35,117 nt of DNA from an uncultured Rhodobacterales bacterium (GTDB taxonomy: Bacteria > Pseudomonadota > Alphaproteobacteria > Puniceispirillales > GCA-002684695), in assembly GCA_964502335.1 (NCBI GenBank), contig CAZCWO010000006.1:1-35117 (forward strand), written 5' to 3'. Below the pieces are notes generated by a model that searched no databases, was not told where the DNA came from, and saw only the letters and a program-made list of their open reading frames with translations. The position numbers and the translations under genes are program-made. Positions 1-8,307 of this stretch are shown piece after piece (position 1 is the first letter of the stretch; every line of letters begins with the position of its first letter).

Positions 1-947
1 TTGATTTCTTCATGGTAATTGATAATGTCGTTACTTTTCGTCCAAACTTTTAGTTCATTTACTAATTCATAAAGGAATTCTATATCATCATCAACTTTAG
101 TCTCTTTAACTTTCTTGCCCAACTCCAAAGACTCTAATATATTATCATTTTCTAAATTCATTAAGATGTACTCATTGATTTTGACTTCTGCATGCTTAAT
201 AAATTTAAATAATTTATCTTTTTCTAATACTAGATCTTTCTCCCTTTTGGCTTTTCTCTGACCAATAAATAAAATAAAATCTTCGTCTTTAGAAACATAC
301 TCTAGAAGACTTTCATAATTGGTAATAAATTCTTGATTTGGATTATCAATGTTACTATTTTTTAATTTTAGGAAAAGTTCTCCTAATATAATTGGATCCA
401 AGTTATTAGTTTGTTTCATAAAGTCTTTAATATCACCAGTCAGTAAAGCACTTTCTTTTTTTATTGCATTGAAGCGATTAGAAATATTTGAATCTAATCC
501 AACAATAATTTCTTTTTCTTTGTTCAAACTAGCTTCTACGACAATTCCATTAGTTGCATTGCTTAAGTTGTTATTACTTGAAAATGCATATTCTGCATTT
601 TTAGTTATGATTGATCTGCAAGAGTTTTTGTCATCAAGAATAATGAGAGTTCCAGTATTATTGTTTTTGGTTTTTGAAATAATCATGTTAGCATGATAAC
701 CTTGCAAGTTATAAATGTATTCATAATCATTATATTTAGTAATTTGCTTTAATTTTTTATCATTTGAAGGGAGGTTAATTATGTATAAGTTTTCTTCTTT
801 TGATAAGATTTCTTTAAAAGAAATCTCTAAGTATGCTTGGCACTGGATTGAAGGATTAATTAAATAAAAGGTTTCAGCTTGCAATGAAATAGGTAAAAAT
901 ACTAATAAAGAAAAAAATTTTAACCATTTAAATAATTTAATAATCAT
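1..947 (-). CDS. Exported protein of unknown function, with its C-terminus beyond the window start. Its N-terminal ~100-aa two-Cys domain is paralogous to the N-terminus of the MORN-caspase protein.
   Basis: Absent from the supplied ORF track because it has no stop inside the window. ATG at 947..945 on the minus strand. I read every minus-strand codon from 947 down to 5..3 (315 codons) and found no stop. Translation begins MIIKLFKWLKFFSLLVFLPISLQA|ETFYLINPSIQCQAYLEISFKEILSKEENLYIINLPSNDKKLKQITKYNDYEYIYNLQGYHANMIISKTKNNNTGTLIILDDKNSCRSIITKNAEYA. This is a signal peptide followed by a domain that aligns without gaps to the caspase protein N-terminus. It starts 8 nt after the stop of 956..1762, so it is probably co-transcribed. 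The listed + ORF 349..696 is its antisense shadow. Confidence 0.8.
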   Translation of the reverse strand, partial: MIIKLFKWLKFFSLLVFLPISLQAETFYLINPSIQCQAYLEISFKEILSKEENLYIINLPSNDKKLKQITKYNDYEYIYNLQGYHANMIISKTKNNNTGTLIILDDKNSCRSIITKNAEYAFSSNNNLSNATNGIVVEASLNKEKEIIVGLDSNISNRFNAIKKESALLTGDIKDFMKQTNNLDPIILGELFLKLKNSNIDNPNQEFITNYESLLEYVSKDEDFILFIGQRKAKREKDLVLEKDKLFKFIKHAEVKINEYILMNLENDNILESLELGKKVKETKVDDDIEFLYELVNELKVWTKSNDIINYHEEI

Positions 948-955
948 TGAAATAT

Positions 956-1762
956 TTATCCACAACCATCACTGCTGGAAGAAGCAACCAATTCACCTTC
1001 TTCACCGTTTTCTGTTCTGGAGCATATTGTCCAACCTTTTGCAATATAGTCAGCTTCTAGCCTATCAAAGAAATCACTTAGACTTTCATAAACCTGCTCT
1101 TGCACTTGTTTCTCAATCTGCTCTTGCACTTGCTTCTCAACTTGTTCTTGCACTTGTTTCTCAACTTGTTTTTCTACTTTTTTATCAACAGTATCGCTGA
1201 CTTTTTCATTAATATTTTTTAAAACCTGCAAAGAAAGCTTTTCTTTTTTCTTTTTTCGCATTAATGCGACTACCTCATTTTCATCTAAATTAATTTTATC
1301 AGTGTTGATAGAAGAGGAAATAAAAATAATTGCATTTTCCTCAGATAAATTTAGTTGGTCTAGAAAAGAGTGATTAGCGCTTCCTATAATAAATTTTTGT
1401 AAATCATTTACGTTTGAAAAATGATTAAGTTTTGCAATTTTTTCTATATAATTGCTTCGTAGGTCTATGCCCGACATCCTTAACAATGGTGTACCTGGAA
1501 TAAAAAGTTCATTACCAAAGTAATTTTTTGGACTCTGGCCTCTGCCACTCGCCTTTGGCCAATCTTTTGATGGGTTTGAAAGTTGATTTTGAAATCTAAC
1601 GCCATAACTTTCTTTTTTTATGTTTCCATCTGCATCGATAACTGTCCCGTCAGATTTCCAAACAACTTGAGCAACAGATATTAAACTATAGAAAGACAAT
1701 TGCATTAAACAAATAGTTATAATTAATGAAACTTTCATGTTTTTTGAAATTCTACTAAACAT
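956..1762 (-). CDS. Exported coiled-coil protein with EKQVQEQV octad repeats, function unknown
   Basis: Long minus-strand ORF. The probable true start is the internal ATG at 1738 (MKVSLIITICLMQLSFYSLISVAQ|VVWK, a signal peptide). The C-terminal third is K/E/Q-rich (KKKKEKLS...VEKQVEKQVQEQVEKQVQEQIEKQVQEQV). It ends in a Cys-containing tail, WTICSRTENGEEGELVASSSSDGCG. I recognised no family by eye. Confidence 0.7.
   Translation of the reverse strand: MFSRISKNMKVSLIITICLMQLSFYSLISVAQVVWKSDGTVIDADGNIKKESYGVRFQNQLSNPSKDWPKASGRGQSPKNYFGNELFIPGTPLLRMSGIDLRSNYIEKIAKLNHFSNVNDLQKFIIGSANHSFLDQLNLSEENAIIFISSSINTDKINLDENEVVALMRKKKKEKLSLQVLKNINEKVSDTVDKKVEKQVEKQVQEQVEKQVQEQIEKQVQEQVYESLSDFFDRLEADYIAKGWTICSRTENGEEGELVASSSSDGCG
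1094..1177 (-). repeat. In-frame 24-bp tandem repeat, about 3.5 copies, inside CDS 956..1762
   Basis: Plus-strand units are ctgctcttgcacttgtttctcaat (1094..1117), ctgctcttgcacttgcttctcaac (1118..1141), ttgttcttgcacttgtttctcaac (1142..1165) and the partial ttgtttttctac (1166..1177). They encode the (V/I)EKQVQEQ octads. Confidence 0.9.
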
Positions 1763-1857
1763 ATATTATTATTTATTGTTTATTGTGTATTATAATTTAT
1801 CATTATAATTAAACACAATTTTTTTGATATTTATATTAAATTGTAAAATCTATTTAA

Positions 1858-4620
1858 TTGATAGTTATTAAAATGAATAATTTTTTGAAATTATTGATCT
1901 CATTAATATTATTAATTGCTCCTATTTCTTTGAATGCTCAAACATTTTATTTAATCAATCCCTCTGAAACATGCAAAGAGTACCTTGGAAGTGCATTTAA
2001 TAATTTTTTCAAAAAGAGAGATAACATCTATTCTATGGAAGTTTTGGAATCTAAAGAGGGGGTAAGCAAAATAACAAAATATAAGGATTTAGAATTTGTA
2101 TATACCATTCAAGGTAATGGGGCGCGCCTAATAATAACTAAAGAGAAAACTCAAAACACAGGCACACTATCTTTTCTTGATGAAGATAAACCTTGTAATT
2201 CACTTATAACATTAGATAAAACCTATGCTACTAATTTTATTAATTTAGATAACAAAATAGAAACTTCATTCGACCAATCTAACAACAAGAACCATTCAAA
2301 TTATAATTTTTCTCAATTGCCTCTATGTAAAGGTGAGTATAATTCTTCTATTTGGTCAAATTGCTTTGGTGAAATTAAAACTAAAAATGGAGATAAGTAT
2401 ATTGGTGAATGGAGAAATGGAAAATATTTTGGGACAGGAAGTTATTTCTTTAAAAATGGTGACGAATACTTTGGTGAGTGGAAAGATAATAAATTTGAAG
2501 GCATTGGAACTTATAAATTTAAAAATGGCAATAAATTTATAGGCCAACATAAATCAGGAAAATTTAATGGCTTTGGCACTTTTGTTTATAACAGTGGTGC
2601 AAGGGATGTAGGTGAGTGGAAAGAAGGAAAATTAAATGGTCAGGCTATTCAATATAATTTTGACGGTACCATAAAACTTCAAGGAATTTTTAAAGATGAT
2701 AAATTAACTAAATCAAGTATTATCACAGCAAAAAGTAAAATTCAAAAAAATTCAAATCTTCCAGTATGCTCTTCTAAGACTGCTATTTCAATCGATCAGC
2801 CAGTTGAATGGAATTGGGATAATTGTTTAGGGAAAATTCATATTTTGGATGGTAAATTTAAAGATTGGAAGTATGACGGAAATTTTAAAAATGGAAAATT
2901 ACATGGTTTTGGAAAAATTAGATATAAAGATGGAAGTAATTTTATAGGTGAGTTCCAAAAAGGAAAAAAACATGGCAAGGGGACTATGGTTTTTGGTTCA
3001 AAATCTAACAAAGCTGGGGATAAATATGTTGGTGAATATAGAGAAGGAAAAAAGGACGGGCAGGGTATATTTACATTTTCAGATGGAGAAAAATATGATG
3101 GTGAATGGAAAAATGATAAAAGAAATGGCATAGGAAAAAATGTTTGGGCAAATGGTAGTATGTATATAGGGGAATGGAAAAGTAATAAACAGAATGGATT
3201 TGGAACCTTTTCCTTTGCTAATGGAGATAGAGATGTTGGCCAATGGATTGACAATAAATTAAATGGTGATGCTGTTCAATATTATTCTGATGGAAGCATA
3301 TTTAGGCAAGGGGTTTTTAAGGATGACAAGTTTCTATATGATAAGAAAGTTCTAATTGAAAATGAAAGTATTAATCCAAACAAAGCTCTTAAAAATAAAG
3401 AGAATATAAATTGTGAAGATGGTTTTGAAAAAATTGGCGATAATTGCATCAGCAAAGCTTTATCTGATGAGTTGGTAGCAGCTTTAAACAAAGCTAAAGA
3501 ACTTGAAGAAGAACTTTCTAAGCTCAAAGTAGAGAATAAAAAGAAAAAACAAAAAATTAATTCTGACGATCAATTGCCAACTATCAGTTCGTTGAAATAT
3601 AACTATTCAGATTATAATGTTACCATTGAAGGTATTGTTTCTGATAATGTTGAAGTAGCAGAAGTTCTTATTAACAATGAAATAGTTTTCCTTGATAGTG
3701 ACGGAGCTTTTCAGGAAACGCTTTATATTCCAAGAAATGGTACAAAAATTAATATTATTGCATTTGATTTAAAGGGTAACAAATCTATAAAAACAATTCA
3801 TTTACAACGCAAAGAAACTGAAAAAAATATTGGTCCTTTTTTTGAGGCGCTTAATCCAACTGGAAAAATTGCTACAGTGAATAAAAATTCTTTAGCACTG
3901 ATTGTCGGTATATCTAAATATGAAAAAACTTCAGCTGAGGCAATTTATGCCGATAATGACGCTAAAATGTTTTATGACTATGCAAGGTTTAAACTTGGTA
4001 TACCAACATCAAACATAAAAGAATTGATTAATGAAAATGCGGAAGAAAGCGAAATACTTTTAGCTTTAAAAGATTGGATCGGACGAAACTCTCAAAAGGG
4101 TAAGAGTGATATTTTTATTTTTTTTGCGGGACATGGCATGTCATCGCATAACGGTGAAAATATGTATTTACTGCCTTATGACGGATCTCCAAGATTATTA
4201 GAAGATTCAGCTATTTCAAGGAATAGACTTTTTAATGAGGTTTCATCCTTTCAACCACGATCAGTCAGCGTATTTTTTGACACTTGTTTTTCTGGATCAG
4301 CTAGAGATAATGACACTCTTTTGTCATCAAGGCCAGTGTTAATTGTTCCTAAAGAAAAACCTATTCCTGAAAACTTTACATTGTTTTCTGCTGCTGCAGC
4401 TGATCAAGTTGCGAACCCTTTAAAAGAGGTTGAACATGGAATGTTTTCTTACTTTCTGATGAAAGGAATGGAGGGGAACGCTGACCAAAATAATGATAAC
4501 TTAATTACAACCGGAGAACTTCATTCATATGTTCAAAGTAACGTAATGAAGCATTCTTTAGGATCTCAAACGCCAGAATTGCATGGGGATCACAATAAAG
4601 TTCTTTTAAGAATTAATTAA
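1858..4620 (+). CDS. Secreted MORN-repeat / peptidase C14 (caspase-like, orthocaspase) multidomain protein
   Basis: 920-aa ORF. The likely start is ATG 1873 (MNNFLKLLISLILLIAPISLNAQ|TFY, a signal peptide) rather than TTG 1858. Domain order: two-Cys N-domain, two blocks of MORN-type repeats (pattern Y.GEWK.GK.NG.G.....G, 4 + 6 copies), a coiled-coil linker (ELEEELSKLKVENKKKKQK), a beta-rich spacer, then a C-terminal caspase fold. The catalytic dyad is in canonical contexts: IFIFFAGHG (His codon 4132..4134) and VFFDTCFSG (Cys codon 4285..4287). Confidence 0.9.
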   Translation: MIVIKMNNFLKLLISLILLIAPISLNAQTFYLINPSETCKEYLGSAFNNFFKKRDNIYSMEVLESKEGVSKITKYKDLEFVYTIQGNGARLIITKEKTQNTGTLSFLDEDKPCNSLITLDKTYATNFINLDNKIETSFDQSNNKNHSNYNFSQLPLCKGEYNSSIWSNCFGEIKTKNGDKYIGEWRNGKYFGTGSYFFKNGDEYFGEWKDNKFEGIGTYKFKNGNKFIGQHKSGKFNGFGTFVYNSGARDVGEWKEGKLNGQAIQYNFDGTIKLQGIFKDDKLTKSSIITAKSKIQKNSNLPVCSSKTAISIDQPVEWNWDNCLGKIHILDGKFKDWKYDGNFKNGKLHGFGKIRYKDGSNFIGEFQKGKKHGKGTMVFGSKSNKAGDKYVGEYREGKKDGQGIFTFSDGEKYDGEWKNDKRNGIGKNVWANGSMYIGEWKSNKQNGFGTFSFANGDRDVGQWIDNKLNGDAVQYYSDGSIFRQGVFKDDKFLYDKKVLIENESINPNKALKNKENINCEDGFEKIGDNCISKALSDELVAALNKAKELEEELSKLKVENKKKKQKINSDDQLPTISSLKYNYSDYNVTIEGIVSDNVEVAEVLINNEIVFLDSDGAFQETLYIPRNGTKINIIAFDLKGNKSIKTIHLQRKETEKNIGPFFEALNPTGKIATVNKNSLALIVGISKYEKTSAEAIYADNDAKMFYDYARFKLGIPTSNIKELINENAEESEILLALKDWIGRNSQKGKSDIFIFFAGHGMSSHNGENMYLLPYDGSPRLLEDSAISRNRLFNEVSSFQPRSVSVFFDTCFSGSARDNDTLLSSRPVLIVPKEKPIPENFTLFSAAAADQVANPLKEVEHGMFSYFLMKGMEGNADQNNDNLITTGELHSYVQSNVMKHSLGSQTPELHGDHNKVLLRIN
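2311..2706 (+). repeat. MORN module 1 (internal protein-level duplication, 4 MORN repeats)
   Basis: Opens with SQLPLCKGEYNSSIWSNCFGEIK, followed by YIGEWRNGKYFGTG / YFGEWKDNKFEGIG / FIGQHKSGKFNGFG / DVGEWKEGKLNGQA. Closes with IQYNFDGTIKLQGIFKDDKL. Confidence 0.8.
2752..3333 (+). repeat. MORN module 2 (internal protein-level duplication, 6 MORN repeats)
   Basis: Opens with SNLPVCSSKTAISIDQPVEWNWDNCLGKIH, followed by six MORN units. Closes with VQYYSDGSIFRQGVFKDDKF. The head (LP.C ... NC.G.I) and tail (.QY..DG.I..QG.FKDDK) match those of module 1. Confidence 0.8.
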
Positions 4621-5868
4621 CTTAGTTTTTATAAAATTAGAAACTTTAATTCCCAACATGTTATAGTGTTCATTTGCAGTTACATTCTTTGTGCTTAAAC
4701 GCTTTAATGCCTTCAGAGATTTATATAATCTAAGGTTATTATTTTCTTCTAATGACATAAGACCAGTTAAATAATAGTAATTTGCTGATGTCTTTATATT
4801 ATTTTTAATTTCATTTATTACTGCATAATTATAATTTGTCATAGAATGTTGGGGGTTTAACTTTATTGCTTTATCAAATGATGCAAAAGCTAATTTATTT
4901 TCTTGCTCTTTTAAATAGGATGATCCCAGTATAGAATATATTTCAGCGTCATTATATCCTTTTGCAATTGCACTTAATCCAAAATCAATAGAAGATTTAT
5001 AATTTTTTAATAAAAATTCTGACTTACTTGCAAAATAATAATTTTCTGGAACACTGGGATTGAGATTAATAGAAATTTTAGATTCGATCAAAGCTTGTTC
5101 ATATTGACCAGTTTCAATAAAGTTTTGAATTTTTAAATTATCTAAATAAATTGTAGAAAGTTTTTGTTGGTCTTTATTTAAAATTGCAAAAAATTCATTA
5201 TTGGCAACTATTTTTTGTTTGTTAGGAAGAGTGCTCATAACACGCCTTGAAACAGTATCAACCATTTGCAATACTGTTTCATCTTCTCTATTTGAAGAAG
5301 CTTCTAATATTCCTGTAACCAATGATATAGGTGACACTGGTATTGAGCCTTCGCTACTAATTGCTGAATGTTTTGCTGACCAAAGTACTTTTGAAAACTT
5401 GTCAGTCAATTCTAATTCAATCCCGACAGAAGTAAATGAGTATAAAACTAAATAATTATTAGTAAATGTAGTAATTTTCCCATTTATAATAGCGTCACAG
5501 TTTAATAATTCTAATAGTCGATCGTTTGAAATGTTTTGATTATTATCAAGGATGTAATCTGTCCTAGTTAAATTAATATACTCGTAATTTTTTGTACTCA
5601 ATAATCCAAATAAAGCATTTCTAATTAATTTAGATTTATTAAGATGTTCATAATCGTAGTTATTTGTATTGTCGGAAATCTTTCCAATTGCAATACAATT
5701 TACTTTATTTGGATTAAAGTTCTCATCCAAAGAAAACTCTACAATTTCTCTTGATGAAATTTGTTTATTATTGCTAAGCACGTCAACCTTTTTATAGATT
5801 GGTGTCGAGCATGAAGAAAAAAATAACAAAATAAATATTACTGAGATATAATTTAAATCTTTAGGCAT
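4606..5868 (-). CDS. Lipoprotein with an N-terminal small alpha/beta lipoprotein module (DUF799/GNA1162-like by eye) and C-terminal TPR repeats
   Basis: Signal peptide with a lipobox-like FSSC|S (MPKDLNYISVIFILLFFSSCSTP). The N-terminal ~200 aa resembles the small periplasmic lipoprotein modules of the DUF799/LpoB/TolB-N class (..CIAIGKISDNT...CDAIINGKITTF...VGIELELTD..SKVLWSAKHS..); this is unverified. The C-terminal half has TPR-like A/Y/L periodicity (YEQALIESKISINLNPSVPENYYFASKSEF..; AFASFDKAIKLNPQH). Its 3-prime end overlaps the convergent caspase gene by 15 nt. Confidence 0.7.
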   Translation of the reverse strand: MPKDLNYISVIFILLFFSSCSTPIYKKVDVLSNNKQISSREIVEFSLDENFNPNKVNCIAIGKISDNTNNYDYEHLNKSKLIRNALFGLLSTKNYEYINLTRTDYILDNNQNISNDRLLELLNCDAIINGKITTFTNNYLVLYSFTSVGIELELTDKFSKVLWSAKHSAISSEGSIPVSPISLVTGILEASSNREDETVLQMVDTVSRRVMSTLPNKQKIVANNEFFAILNKDQQKLSTIYLDNLKIQNFIETGQYEQALIESKISINLNPSVPENYYFASKSEFLLKNYKSSIDFGLSAIAKGYNDAEIYSILGSSYLKEQENKLAFASFDKAIKLNPQHSMTNYNYAVINEIKNNIKTSANYYYLTGLMSLEENNNLRLYKSLKALKRLSTKNVTANEHYNMLGIKVSNFIKTKLINS

Positions 5869-5909
5869 ACTAAAAGGCTTTAAAATTAATATTAAAGTTA
5901 TTTATTATT

Positions 5910-7523
5910 ATGATTTTATTTAGCTCATTAAATCAAGTAACGGTTAAAGTAATATACTTTTTTATTATTAATATTATTTTAATTAAAACCTCGTTCGCCT
6001 TAACAGATGAACAGTTTAATAGAGTTAATTCTTTAATTGAGCAACAAAATATTGAAAAATCTTTTGAGTTGTTGAAAACTTTTCAATCTAATGAAGAAGA
6101 ACTATCCTCAAGGTCCCTTTTATTGTTTGGAAAAATTTACCTTGAACTAGGGCAACCACTTAAAGCTATTAATTATTTTGAGTCTGTTTATTATTCTTCA
6201 ATTGAATTAAACGATTACGCATACGTAGGAATGGCTAATTCTGAATTTATGCTAGGCAACTTATCAAAATCAAAAGCTTTTGCTTTAAAGGCTTTAAATA
6301 TTAATCCTAATTTAACTGATGCAATAATTATTTTGGCTCAAATTTTAGCTGATGAAAACTTAATTGAAAAATCTGATAAATTATTTTTGTCAACTTTGGA
6401 CTCTAGTCCTAGCAGTTCCTACGCAGGAAGAAAATTTGTTGAAACTCTTCTGAGAAGAAATCAAATTGACAAAGCGGAAACTATTCTTAAGCAGACAATA
6501 ATTAATAACAGTATTGATGCTCCATCATTGGAATTGTTTTCTGATATATATTGGTTAAGAGGAGAGCTGAAAACTGCAATAAAATTCAAACAACAAGCAA
6601 AGGAAAAATATTTAGAAGTTGGTAATAAGATAAAAGCTAGAAAAATCAATGACTGGTTGGCGTTCCAAGTTAATACAAATAAAACAATTTCAGAGATATA
6701 TACACAAGAATTAATCTCAAAAAAGGTGGTCGGTAATTTAGCAATTATCAATTCAGATAAAGTTGAACCCAATAAGCAGTTATATCAAAATAAGCAAAAG
6801 ACTAACGTGACTGATAGGATTGCATTTGAACCAAAAATTACACCAGAAGAAATCATAATTAACAATAGTAAACCAGTTTTTACTGGCAGTGGAGCCATTA
6901 TAAATGGTGGAAAATGGATTTTAACAAATAAGCATGTAGTTAATAATTTAAACTATATAATTGTTAGAAATGGATTGGGTGAAATCAGAAATGTAAAAGA
7001 AATTAGAGTTGCAGAAGATGATGATTTAGCAATTTTGATTCTATCAAAGCCCTATTCTTCAGATTACTCATTAAGTATTAATGATTTTAAAAAAGGTAAA
7101 ACTGGTTCAAGTATATATGTTATTGGCTATCCCATCGCGTCTCTATTTGGAAGTTTTCATCCTTCGATAACACAAGGGATCATTAGTAATCCATTAGGAT
7201 TTGATGAAAATAATAATGAATTTCAAATTACAGCAAAAATTAATCCAGGAAATAGTGGCGGTCCAATTTTTAATAAATTTGGGAAAATTGTTGGTATTGT
7301 TACTGGTAAATTAGATAGTCAAAAAATATTAAAAAATGAAGGGTTTTATCCAGAAGATATTAATTTTGGAATTCAACCTGATGCAATCCTTTCTTTTTTA
7401 AATGTAAATAATGATGATAGAATAAAATTGTTGTCAGATATTTCCTATGATTATGAATATAACATTGAAGATTTATATAAGTACATGAGGTCAGCCATTG
7501 TTTTTATTGTTGCTCAGAGATAG
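5910..7523 (+). CDS. Exported TPR-repeat / trypsin-like serine protease
   Basis: It has a hydrophobic N-terminal signal or anchor (VKVIYFFIINIILIKTSFA|LTD). The N-terminal ~250 aa are TPR-like (LLLFGKIYLELGQPLKAINYFES; AFALKALNINPNLTDA). The C-terminal ~200 aa carry a chymotrypsin-fold triad in typical contexts: WILTNKHVV (His codon 6933..6935), EDDDLAILIL (Asp) and INPGNSGGPIFN (Ser codon 7254..7256). Confidence 0.85.
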   Translation: MILFSSLNQVTVKVIYFFIINIILIKTSFALTDEQFNRVNSLIEQQNIEKSFELLKTFQSNEEELSSRSLLLFGKIYLELGQPLKAINYFESVYYSSIELNDYAYVGMANSEFMLGNLSKSKAFALKALNINPNLTDAIIILAQILADENLIEKSDKLFLSTLDSSPSSSYAGRKFVETLLRRNQIDKAETILKQTIINNSIDAPSLELFSDIYWLRGELKTAIKFKQQAKEKYLEVGNKIKARKINDWLAFQVNTNKTISEIYTQELISKKVVGNLAIINSDKVEPNKQLYQNKQKTNVTDRIAFEPKITPEEIIINNSKPVFTGSGAIINGGKWILTNKHVVNNLNYIIVRNGLGEIRNVKEIRVAEDDDLAILILSKPYSSDYSLSINDFKKGKTGSSIYVIGYPIASLFGSFHPSITQGIISNPLGFDENNNEFQITAKINPGNSGGPIFNKFGKIVGIVTGKLDSQKILKNEGFYPEDINFGIQPDAILSFLNVNNDDRIKLLSDISYDYEYNIEDLYKYMRSAIVFIVAQR

Positions 7524-8304
7524 TGTTTTATTATTGATATTTCTAATTGTCATCCCAGTGAAAGCTGAAGTTTTTTCAAGTAATGGAACTTATTTTTTTC
7601 CTACAAATATAAGTGAGGAAGATTGTTACTTCAAAGCACAAAGTAACGCGATAAAAGCAGTTATGGAAAAAGCGGGCCTGTCTTATGTTGTAAGCTCAGA
7701 AAACCTTAATTGCTCTGAAATTAAAGATAAAAATACTTGTGAGTATTTTCAAGATAGTCAGATATATTATGAAGGAGGTTTCATAACTTCAAAAAAGTTT
7801 TCAAATAATCGAATATTATTTGAAGGCTCTATTAATAGAAAATGTTCGGTTCATTTAGTGGCTGATATAAAAAAGTTTAAATCTAAACATGATCCCAATT
7901 ATATTCTGGAAGTAAATTTGAACAATTATATATTTAGGGATGGTGATGAAATTTTAATTAACGGTGAAACAAACTTACCTTCAAATATTTATTTATTTAA
8001 TTTTGTTAATGATTCTGAAGAGTATCAACTGATAATACCAAATAAGTTTGAAAAATTAACTAACTTGAATGGTCCCTTTAATATTCCTTCGAACCAAAAA
8101 TATAAATTGGTAGCAAAATTTCCTATTGATCATAATAAAGACATAATTCAAGAGCAATTTATGTTGTTGATAACTAAAACAAATAAAGAAGAGTTCAAAG
8201 TTATTGATATTGAGTCCTCAGTATCTTTATTAAGTAGATTAAATGATTTTGGCAGGAAAAATTGGAAAAAAATTCGCTTAAGTTATTTTATTATAAAGGA
8301 GTAA
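7498..8304 (+). CDS. Exported protein with a DUF4384-like C-terminal domain
   Basis: The start codon is uncertain (TTG 7498, 7507 or 7510) and the ORF overlaps the upstream stop. Signal peptide LLLIFLIVIPVKA|EVF. The C-terminal region YIFRDGDEILINGETNLPSNIYLFNFVNDSEEYQLIIPNKFEKL...KYKLVAKFP...FMLLITK matches the DUF4384 pattern as I remember it (Y..GD.i.i......YLYvf..d..g....l.PN). That domain is frequently fused or adjacent to bacterial caspase domains. Confidence 0.7.
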   Translation: MFLLLLRDSVLLLIFLIVIPVKAEVFSSNGTYFFPTNISEEDCYFKAQSNAIKAVMEKAGLSYVVSSENLNCSEIKDKNTCEYFQDSQIYYEGGFITSKKFSNNRILFEGSINRKCSVHLVADIKKFKSKHDPNYILEVNLNNYIFRDGDEILINGETNLPSNIYLFNFVNDSEEYQLIIPNKFEKLTNLNGPFNIPSNQKYKLVAKFPIDHNKDIIQEQFMLLITKTNKEEFKVIDIESSVSLLSRLNDFGRKNWKKIRLSYFIIKE

Positions 8305-8307
8305 ATA

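Noticed and set aside
349-696. Listed + strand ORF of 115 aa
   Set aside because: It lies entirely antisense to the much longer open minus-strand frame (1..947), which has a signal peptide and a clear paralogue. Its translation is low-complexity L/F/I-rich, as expected from the reverse complement of AT-rich coding DNA.
1094-1177. Direct 24-bp repeats considered as a possible CRISPR-like array
   Set aside because: The units are contiguous with no spacers, in frame, and translate into a regular octad repeat inside a long ORF. This is a coding tandem repeat.
956-1762. Idea that one of the two 268-aa proteins next to the caspase (956..1762 or 7498..8304) is a bacterial gasdermin-like substrate
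   Set aside because: Both carry cleavable signal peptides and the caspase itself is predicted to be exported. Neither shows the N-terminal Cys or the cytoplasmic context of known bacterial gasdermin operons. I cannot test fold similarity without tools, so I do not claim it.
2333-3527. Five listed ORFs (2333..2542, 2356..2550, 2838..3254, 2948..3133, 3282..3527) inside the caspase gene
   Set aside because: They are alternative-frame or antisense readings of the repetitive MORN-coding DNA, whose periodic GGN/AAA/GAA codons suppress stops in other frames. They show no start context and no recognisable motifs.
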